From: Williamsia sp.
GTDB taxonomy: Bacteria; Actinomycetota; Actinomycetes; Mycobacteriales; Mycobacteriaceae
Direction of reading: 5' to 3'
Assembly: GCF_016462415.1 (NCBI RefSeq)
Contig: NZ_JAEMTF010000003.1
Coordinates: 28,837 to 92,836, forward strand
DNA length: 64,000 nucleotides
The notes under the pieces were generated by a model. That model did no database searches, was not told the origin of the DNA, and saw only the letters and a program-made list of their open reading frames with translations. The position numbers and the translations under genes were made by a program. Position 1 is the first letter of the stretch; the number at the start of each line of letters is the position of its first letter. This document shows positions 56,905 through 64,000 of the stretch, piece by piece.

Positions 56905-57373
56905 ATGCTCGAGCATCGTGATGACGACGCCGATTTAGCAGATCAATGCTTCATCACCGTGCAGTCGATCTTGACCGCCGGCGCCTTGGCATCGAAATGC
57001 TTATGGAGCCCGCGTACATCATCGGGGTCAAAAGAGCGAGGCCGACGGCTGCGCGAGCTGTTGGCCCTCGACGAGGACGAGTTCCCATTATTGCGAAGCC
57101 GACAAGTGCGTAACGCCTTCGAGCATTTCGACGAGCGCATCGAGGACCACCTCGAACACAACGGCCTCGTACTCGACCACTATGTCGGCTCGGACTCTTG
57201 GGACGGCCCCCCCGGCCGCGATGCGGAGCTGCAACGTGTCGACCTGGGAGGTGTCGGTCGCTGGGAACACTGTCAACCTCCGAGCACTGCTACTAGAAAT
57301 GGACGACCTATCTGCTCGCGCAACTGCATGGCTGAATCAGGCGTACGTCAGCGATAGGCCAATCACCCCGTAG
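56905..57373 (+). pseudogene. hypothetical gene, frame-disrupted
   Basis: ORF 56905..57357 reads well up to ...NGLVLDHYVGSDSWDG. After a C7 run (57207-57213) the plausible sequence is in ORF 57182..57373 (EVSVAGNTVNLRALLLEMDDLSARATAWLNQAYVSD). The open frame also extends upstream of the ATG with no start codon (from 56771). Confidence 0.4.
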
Positions 57374-57423
57374 TCGTCGAGAGCTACGGGAGCTGAACAC
57401 ACGGCGCGTGGCGCCCCGCAGAA

Positions 57424-60400
57424 TTACCGGTCCAGGCCGGCGTCGAGGCGCCGACCCCGGTCTTTGCCACATCCAAGTCCGCGTCCCTCGTCGGTGGAAA
57501 CACGGCGTGTGAGTGCGCCGGTGGCCGGCGCCGGGAAGTCGCCAACGAGGGCGATAGTCTCTGAATGCTCTTCCGCCCATTCCCGCGCCTGGTGCTCGTG
57601 CTTGCGACGCATAACGGTCACGTACTCGTCTTTGCTCATCCCCTCCGATGCCGCAGTGAACTCGGTCGGGTTGAGATCCAGGCTCCACCCGGGTTGGCGA
57701 CCTTGCTCACCCATGCGCGCCGCTGCTTCGGCGCGCTTGGCGACCGCGCCAGCAGAGTTCTCGGCCTGCTGAATCTCGAGGCACAGCGACGCCAGCTCGA
57801 CCTTGATATGCGCCAGCTCATCGGCGCGCGAAAACGGTGTATCCATGCGCGGCGCCTGCAGCGCCACTTCACGTCGCCATCCGTTGAGCTTGGTCTCCAG
57901 ACGCGCCGGCACATCGATCAGTGATTCGTGGGAGTTCTCCAACCGCGTCGCCAGACCGTTGGCCAGCGCCGCCTTCGACTGCCCGGTATCGGCACGCTGA
58001 CCGGCGTCATCGACCTTGCCCCACAGCTGTTCGCGGGTGACATAGAACTGAGGACGGCCCGGAACGTCAAGCCACACGTACAGCTCGTCGTTGAGCGACG
58101 CGCGCGCCGCCTTCGCCACGACACCGGTGTCGAACTCCGCGAGAGTCACCGAGATGGACATACCCCGGCCCTTCAACTCCACGAAAGAGGCTCGCGCTCG
58201 CTCGAGCAGGTCGGCCGAGCGGTCCTTGCGCTCGAGTGCGCAACACCCTTCGATGGAGAATGTCTTGCCGGCGTCGAGCCACTGCGCCACCTTGTCGGCC
58301 AAGTCCGAAGCGGTGCCCTGCATTGCCTCGGTCTTCTCGATCTCGCGGTCGTTGTTGCGGACAACAGAGCGCGCGTGGTTGCGGCCGTCGGTGTGCGCAT
58401 CTGACAACGCCGATAGGCTCGCGACGTCGGAGTCAAGCTGCGCCATCCGCATGTAGCGGGGGTCGCCGGTCGCGGCTGCCTTCGTCGCGGCTGCCGCGTC
58501 GGCGAGGTTGTCATCGGCGATGTCGGCGACCTGGGTCACCTCGTCGCCGAGTTGCCCGGTCTTGGCCTGCTGGATGAACGCCGCTTTCGACTCCACCGTC
58601 GCCCACATCACGGTGTCGGTGGTCGACTCGGTGACGTAGTTGAAGATCTGGACCTCGGGGTTCTGATTGCCCTGGCGCAACATTCGACCCTCACGCTGTT
58701 CCAGGTCCGCCGGGCGCCAAGGCACGTCCATGTGGTGCAGCGCGACCATCCGCGCCTGCACGTTGAGCCCGGTGCCCATTTTCGGAGTCGACCCGACCAG
58801 GACCGCAATCTTGCCCGACCGGCAGTCGGCCTGCATCGCCAATTTCTGCGATGGCGATTTCGCGTCATGGATGAACACGACCGCCTCGGCGGGGACCCCG
58901 GCATCGACCACCATGTCCTTGAGGTTCTGATAGACCGACCGCGCTCCGGGTTTCGGTGTGCCGCGATCGCAAAACACCAACTGCAACCCGCCACGGCGCG
59001 GCGACGGAGTGCCGTCCTCGGTGCGGTACCGGTTGTCTTTGGTGTCGTGATAAATCGTCGCGACCTGCTCGGCGACGGCGTCGGCGCGGGTGTTGCCCGG
59101 ATCGGGTGCGAGGTTGGCCAGCATCGGATCGATCGCGACGTTGCGGCCGTCGTTGATGACTTTCAAGATGTTGTCGGTCGCCATCTCCCGCGGATCAAAG
59201 TTCGACATCCGGTATTCGAGGTCGGTGATGAAATCGCGACGCTCCTGCCCCGGAGTGGAAGTTATGACCTGGCGGCCTTCGAAACTCGGCAACGCCGCGG
59301 GCACCTGGTCGCGGGTGACGACGTCGGTGTACTGCGCGGCCATCGCGAACATCTCTTTCGGGTTCGAGAACGCCGCCACCTTCGACACCACCATGATCCG
59401 GGTGCCGGTCGCGTTGGTGACCGTCTCCGACTTCGTCGCGGTGAACGACGCCGCCCAGTCGGTGATCGAGCGAACTCCCGCCACCTCCAACACATCAGGA
59501 CGCAGGTACTGCTGCATCACCCACGCCTCGGCCAACGAGTTCGCGATCGGCGTACCGGTCGCGAACGTCGCCACTCGCTCCGCGCCCGGGGTGATCACCC
59601 GGCCCGCAGCGCGGGCTTCGTTCTGTCGTCGGCTGCGCAGATAATCGAGCTTCATGGACAGGTCCTCCGCCTTGTCCGACCCCTTGGGCAACGCCAACGT
59701 CGCCACCGCGCACTGCCGTGACTTGTTTTTGAAGTCGTGCGCCTCGTCGATGAACAGGTAGTCCGCGCCGGTCTGCTCGAACGTCACCCCCGCGTCCTTT
59801 TTCGCCTGCTCGGTCGCCGCCTCCAACTTCTTGCTCAGCGCCTTCTTCGCCTTCTCGATCCGCTTGACCGTGGCGTCACTCTGCCCGCCGGCCGCACGCC
59901 CTGCCGTCATCTCCTCGTCCAATTCGGCAACCTGGGCGCGGATATAGGCGACCCGCTGATCAGGATGCACCCGGATCTTTTCGAACACCGACGACGGGAT
60001 GATCACCATGTCCCAGTCCGACGTCGCGGTCTGCGCCGCGAACACCCGCCGATCCTCGGCGTCCATCCCCTTGGCCCCGACCAACACATTCGCCGCCGGA
60101 TACCACTGCTTGAGCTCCCGGCCGAACTGCTCGATCAGATGCGTCGGCACGACAATCCAAGGCTGCGAGACCAGGCCGCGGCGTTTAAGTTCCATCGCGG
60201 CCATGAACATTGTTCCGGTCTTGCCCGCGCCCACGACGTGGTCCAGGAGCACAGTCGGCTCGGCGGTCACCCGGGCCACCGCATCGCGCTGATACCGGTG
60301 TGGGGTGAACACCGGAGACAGACCGGGCAGGTCCAGGCGGCTGCCGTCATGTGACGGTTTGACCCACGTGTTGAACCTGTTGTTCCACTCGGTCACCAGC

Positions 60401-63249
60401 CGTTCTCGGCGGTCGTCGTCGGACCACACCCACGTCCGGAACTCGCCGGCAATCTTCTCCGCCTGGACCTGGGCGTAGACGGTGGCCTTTGTGTCGACTG
60501 CCGGGGCTCCCTCCTCGACCGCGCCCTTGGAGTTGCGGACCTCGATGGGGCGTTGGTTCATCAACCTGTCGAGCAGCTCGACTGCTGACATCGACTTGTG
60601 GCTGTCCGCGTTGTCGGCGCCGTAGTCCACCCGCATCGATTGGGTGTTGAGCTGACCCGCGGGCACCGACACCATCCACGTACCGGCGGCACGTTCCACC
60701 GTCGCCTGCTGCGCATCGAAGGTCTCGCGGACGAACTGTGCGTAGTCATGCGGCGCGATCCAGGTCGCACCCAACGCCACCGGACCCATCTGCGACGGCT
60801 GTTTGAGTGGCGGCACCACCTCGGCCAGTGCCGCCTCCACCTCCCGCCAGTCCTGGGTCGGGGTGTCCTGCACCTGAGTGACGGCCGTGGCGTGTTTGGC
60901 GCGCACATTGCCCGACAGGGCCGTCGAGCACGGCAGCAACTCACTCGGGTTGTCGACGTCGATGAACACCAACCCGCGCACCGATTCCCGCGTGGTGTCG
61001 CTGTCTTGGCCCAAGAGACTGGCAATTCGGTCGAGGTCGATGCGGCCGCGTTCTCCCATGCAGATCGCGACCGCGTCTTCCGGTGTGTCGGCCGACAGCA
61101 CCGGGACCGGGGCGACAACGACGTCGCGGGCGAACACTGCGGTCTTCGACACCGCCCCGGTTTCCTCGTCGAACCGCTCCAGCGCCATCACCCCGGCGAT
61201 CCCCGGATCACTGGTGACCGCCTCGAGGTGGGTTTGGCGTTTCACTCTCGGCGAGGACTGCCACGCCTTCTCTTCCAGCTCGCCGAGAACCTTTTCCGGT
61301 AGCTCGCCGAGGAACGAGACACCATCATCGTCGCGGTTGTCCTCGCGCCACTTCGTCTCCGCGACCGCCAGGCGGGCCATCGCTTCGTGTTCGCTGCGTT
61401 CCTTGCCGCCCGACCACTTCATCCGATTGATCGGTCCGTAGGCGGCGACGTAGGCGTCGTAGGTCGTGCCCAGGTCGCGACGCAGGCCTTCGCGGTGCGC
61501 CGCGGTGGTGTCGTCGGTGCGCTGAGATGCGATGACCTGTTCGGTCAGGTTGCGCAGCCGCAGCAGATGCCGGGTCTCAGTGGTCCGGGTCTTGGGGACC
61601 TTGATCGGGTCGACCCCGTCGATTCCCTTGCGCACGAACCCCTGTGAGTCCTCATCCCACTCCACGCGTCCGATCGGGACGTCCTCGCCGTAGAGGCCCG
61701 CCGCGGTGGCCACGCCCGCCTCCAGCGTCGCCGCGACAGACTCGGCCTGCACAGGGTGCGGACTGTAGGTCAGCCGGATCGTGGGACGGTCCACGAGCAT
61801 CTCCGAGATCGCCTCGGCTTTGCGTGCCGACGCGATGATCGAGGCGAGGGATTCCCGCACCGCAGTCGCCGTGTCGCGGTCCGGATCGACCTCGACGCGC
61901 ATCTGTCCACCCCGGTACATGCCGTGATCGGCGACGGTCGTGCCCAACACGTGCCGAGGGGTGCGCTCGAAGTAGCCGTTGACATCCACCGTCCGAGTGC
62001 CCCCGTTCTGACGATCGGCGACCTCCACTTTCACCGTGCGCAACCAATTCGGGTTCTGCTCAGGCAACGGGGCACCGAGTTCACGTTTGCGCAGCACCAG
62101 GATGTCGGTGACGACCTGGGTGCCCGCGACCCGACTGAAGGCGTTCGACGGCAACCGGACCGCGCCGACCAGATCGCCGAGCGCGTGCATGTCGCGGCGC
62201 GCTTTATCGTTCGCGGCATCCAAGGTGCCCGAGGTGGTGACGGCCATGACGTAGCCACCGGGCGCGGTCAGCCGGAGCGCCTTGATCAGGAAGTGATTGT
62301 GGATGTTGTGCTGCGCCGGGTTGTGGATCGGGTCGTGCACCGAGAACCCGCCGAACGGGACGTTGCCGATCGTCGCCGAAAACGTGTTCTCCGGGACACG
62401 GGTCGACTCGAACCCCTCGTTGCGGACCTGGGCGTTTGGGTAGAGCAGGTGCGCGATCTGGGCGGTCATCGGATCGTTCTCGACGCCGATCATCGTCGCC
62501 GAGGCGGGCGCCACCCCCATGAATGTGCCGCTGCCACAACCCGGTTCCAGCACGTAGCCACCGTCGAACCCTGCCTCGACGAGGGTGTCCCACATCGCGG
62601 CCGCGATCGCGGGATCGGTGTAGTGGGCGTTGAGTGTCGATGCTTTCGCATCCCGGTACTGCTCGGCGGTCAAGTACTCCTCACGCAACGCGCGGCGCGG
62701 AGTGTCCCACTCCTGCTTGGACTCATCGAAGATGTCGGACACCGCGCCCCACCCCGACCACTGGGACAACACCCGCTGCTCATCAGGCAGGGCAGCGCGG
62801 TTGAGGGTGTCGCAGCGCAGCACCACGTCGATCGCCGACATGTTCGCCTGCGCGCGAGCTTTGGCCCCTGAGGGCACCAGTACCTGCCCCGAATGGACGA
62901 ACGGCACCGCCGGAACCGGAGCTAACGGTGTCGGCGGTGCCACATCAACCGTGTGCGCAGCGGCGGTTGACTCGTCAGCGACGTCGTCGATCGGGTCGGG
63001 CTCCAGGCCCGCCACGACGTTGTCGGCCTTGACGTTTACGATCGACCCGTCCGGGCGGATTGCCGGGGTGGTGCGCACGCTCGACCACTGCGATAGCGGG
63101 ACACCCCGCTCCGATTGATCGACCTTCGGCAGAGTGTCGCGGTCGGCAGGCAACGGCGGCAGTACCGTGCCACCGGGGTCGATGACCGCTGGATCGGTCG
63201 GCAGACGCAGCTCGTCGACCGACTCGAACAGCAGTCCCTGCTCGGCTAG
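57424..63249 (-). CDS. giant N6-adenine DNA methyltransferase + SNF2/DEAD-like helicase fusion (P1 DarB-like); 5' end unresolved
   Basis: MTase motif I YVLEPGCGSGTF (about 62523-62560) and motif IV GNVPFGG (about 62347-62370). Helicase motif I GAGKTG (about 60215-60234), motif II FIDEAHDF (about 59731-59754) and motif VI QREGRMLRQGN (about 58667-58700). The ORF track extends to 63951, but those first 234 codons are a G/R/D-rich shadow of a better ORF in another frame. The first canonical in-frame starts are TTG 63153 and GTG 63078. Confidence 0.85.
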   Translation of the reverse strand, partial: LAEQGLLFESVDELRLPTDPAVIDPGGTVLPPLPADRDTLPKVDQSERGVPLSQWSSVRTTPAIRPDGSIVNVKADNVVAGLEPDPIDDVADESTAAAHTVDVAPPTPLAPVPAVPFVHSGQVLVPSGAKARAQANMSAIDVVLRCDTLNRAALPDEQRVLSQWSGWGAVSDIFDESKQEWDTPRRALREEYLTAEQYRDAKASTLNAHYTDPAIAAAMWDTLVEAGFDGGYVLEPGCGSGTFMGVAPASATMIGVENDPMTAQIAHLLYPNAQVRNEGFESTRVPENTFSATIGNVPFGGFSVHDPIHNPAQHNIHNHFLIKALRLTAPGGYVMAVTTSGTLDAANDKARRDMHALGDLVGAVRLPSNAFSRVAGTQVVTDILVLRKRELGAPLPEQNPNWLRTVKVEVADRQNGGTRTVDVNGYFERTPRHVLGTTVADHGMYRGGQMRVEVDPDRDTATAVRESLASIIASARKAEAISEMLVDRPTIRLTYSPHPVQAESVAATLEAGVATAAGLYGEDVPIGRVEWDEDSQGFVRKGIDGVDPIKVPKTRTTETRHLLRLRNLTEQVIASQRTDDTTAAHREGLRRDLGTTYDAYVAAYGPINRMKWSGGKERSEHEAMARLAVAETKWREDNRDDDGVSFLGELPEKVLGELEEKAWQSSPRVKRQTHLEAVTSDPGIAGVMALERFDEETGAVSKTAVFARDVVVAPVPVLSADTPEDAVAICMGERGRIDLDRIASLLGQDSDTTRESVRGLVFIDVDNPSELLPCSTALSGNVRAKHATAVTQVQDTPTQDWREVEAALAEVVPPLKQPSQMGPVALGATWIAPHDYAQFVRETFDAQQATVERAAGTWMVSVPAGQLNTQSMRVDYGADNADSHKSMSAVELLDRLMNQRPIEVRNSKGAVEEGAPAVDTKATVYAQVQAEKIAGEFRTWVWSDDDRRERLVTEWNNRFNTWVKPSHDGSRLDLPGLSPVFTPHRYQRDAVARVTAEPTVLLDHVVGAGKTGTMFMAAMELKRRGLVSQPWIVVPTHLIEQFGRELKQWYPAANVLVGAKGMDAEDRRVFAAQTATSDWDMVIIPSSVFEKIRVHPDQRVAYIRAQVAELDEEMTAGRAAGGQSDATVKRIEKAKKALSKKLEAATEQAKKDAGVTFEQTGADYLFIDEAHDFKNKSRQCAVATLALPKGSDKAEDLSMKLDYLRSRRQNEARAAGRVITPGAERVATFATGTPIANSLAEAWVMQQYLRPDVLEVAGVRSITDWAASFTATKSETVTNATGTRIMVVSKVAAFSNPKEMFAMAAQYTDVVTRDQVPAALPSFEGRQVITSTPGQERRDFITDLEYRMSNFDPREMATDNILKVINDGRNVAIDPMLANLAPDPGNTRADAVAEQVATIYHDTKDNRYRTEDGTPSPRRGGLQLVFCDRGTPKPGARSVYQNLKDMVVDAGVPAEAVVFIHDAKSPSQKLAMQADCRSGKIAVLVGSTPKMGTGLNVQARMVALHHMDVPWRPADLEQREGRMLRQGNQNPEVQIFNYVTESTTDTVMWATVESKAAFIQQAKTGQLGDEVTQVADIADDNLADAAAATKAAATGDPRYMRMAQLDSDVASLSALSDAHTDGRNHARSVVRNNDREIEKTEAMQGTASDLADKVAQWLDAGKTFSIEGCCALERKDRSADLLERARASFVELKGRGMSISVTLAEFDTGVVAKAARASLNDELYVWLDVPGRPQFYVTREQLWGKVDDAGQRADTGQSKAALANGLATRLENSHESLIDVPARLETKLNGWRREVALQAPRMDTPFSRADELAHIKVELASLCLEIQQAENSAGAVAKRAEAAARMGEQGRQPGWSLDLNPTEFTAASEGMSKDEYVTVMRRKHEHQAREWAEEHSETIALVGDFPAPATGALTRRVSTDEGRGLGCGKDRGRRLDAGLDR

Positions 63250-63827
63250 AGGCTCGGCTTGAGTCCGTGCTCGGCGAGAGCGGCGTTGCTGCGGGCCATC
63301 TCCTGCTCGACCGCCACCGCCAACTCCCCCGCCAGTGGATCGTCCGGGCCGACCGGCAGCGCCAGGCCGTCCTCCGCGCGCGCCGCGAGAAGCAGCTCCG
63401 CGGTCACCTGAAAGGCCGGCGTCCGATCCGGCCACACCATCTCCACCACCTGCTCGGTCTCGCGGTCCGGCTCGGTCCCGGCCTCGGTCGTCCACCGGTC
63501 CATCGCCGCCACCGGTATCGGTGTCTCGCTCGAGGGCTCGGGCTCCGCGTCGTCCGGATCCTGGTAGCCCTCCCACAGCTGATGGGTCACCCACTCGATC
63601 GCCGCCAACCGTGTCTGGTTGATCAACCCCAGCCGTTCCATGTAATCCGGTTCTCGACCCATCGCCGATGTCCAGGCCGCGATCGTCGGTCCCTGGTTGT
63701 CGGTCTGGAATTGCGACGCCTGTACTTCCAGCTCCTGCGTCTTCGCGGCCACCCAATCCTCGAAGCTGGCCCGATCCATCTCGGCCAGCTCTTGGGCGTA
63801 ACGCTGCACTATCTGCTCGCGGATCAT
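63246..63827 (-). CDS. hypothetical protein (193 aa), or the detached N-terminal part of the giant methylase-helicase
   Basis: ORF 63246..63917 trimmed to ATG 63827, which has AGGAGGAG 7 nt upstream. It has strong third-position G/C bias and a globular composition (MIREQIVQRYAQELAEMDRASFEDWVAAKTQELEVQ...). Confidence 0.65.
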   Translation of the reverse strand: MIREQIVQRYAQELAEMDRASFEDWVAAKTQELEVQASQFQTDNQGPTIAAWTSAMGREPDYMERLGLINQTRLAAIEWVTHQLWEGYQDPDDAEPEPSSETPIPVAAMDRWTTEAGTEPDRETEQVVEMVWPDRTPAFQVTAELLLAARAEDGLALPVGPDDPLAGELAVAVEQEMARSNAALAEHGLKPSL

Positions 63828-64000
63828 CGGCGGTCTCCTCCTGGTCAAGAGCGAATAGATCGAACTGGTCATCATCACGTGATGTAGCCACTGGTCGTGT
63901 CTCCCTGGTAAATGCACCAGACGACCCGCGCATTACGACAACGCGCCACACGAGCCGCCTGGCTCCTAACCGGGATTCACAGTCCGCCTACCGCAAATAC

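Larger units (their letters stand above)
27372..64000. mobile_element. conjugative plasmid/ICE backbone (regulatory module, T4SS-like transfer block, relaxase, leading-region-like genes); right end not reached
   Basis: Co-localisation of VirB4-like ATPase, VirD4/TraG coupling protein, relaxase, cell-wall hydrolases, ImmA/HTH module and a DarB-like methylase-helicase. The left boundary is arbitrary, and the catabolic half may belong to the same replicon. Confidence 0.6.

Noticed and set aside
1-64000. Searched by eye for CRISPR arrays, rRNA/tRNA genes, integrase or att repeats, and replication/partition loci
   Set aside because: I saw no regularly spaced repeats, no cloverleaf-like or rRNA-like segments in the intergenic regions, and no integrase or Rep-like ORF. 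Absence is based on visual inspection only.

Overview
High-GC, gene-dense actinobacterial DNA with gene content typical of the mycolic-acid group (Rhodococcus, Gordonia, Mycolicibacterium). This is probably a large plasmid or ICE, but no integrase, att site or replication gene is visible, so that stays open. Left half (1-27.4 kb): a truncated DHA2 MFS gene, then a complete mce lipid-uptake operon (yrbEAB-mceABCDEF-mas). Next come a decayed IS3-family transposase relic, a TetR gene, and a five-gene oxidative operon (AurF-like di-iron oxygenase, Baeyer-Villiger monooxygenase, SDR, FAD/2Fe-2S reductase, alpha/beta hydrolase). DUF4873-MmpL, a ferredoxin-CYP153-ferredoxin reductase cassette and three small cargo genes complete this half. 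Right half (27.4-64 kb): a conjugative backbone. It starts with a translationally coupled HTH / unknown / ImmA-like protease / polytopic membrane operon, divergent from a ~20 kb single-strand transfer block. That block carries a cutinase, an SLT+NlpC/P60 hydrolase, two MinD/ParA-like genes, VirB2-like, VirB6-like and VirB4-like genes, a VirD4/TraG coupling protein, DUF4913 and an NrdH fusion. On the opposite strand lie a relaxase coupled to a PD-(D/E)xK-like gene and an AlbA_2/Schlafen-like gene, a candidate oriT, decayed cargo, and a giant DarB-like methyltransferase-helicase whose 5' end is mis-framed in the ORF track. Several genes in the right half carry single-base frame disruptions, mostly at homopolymers. 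I saw no rRNA, tRNA or CRISPR array. All family assignments come from motif recognition by eye; no searches were run.
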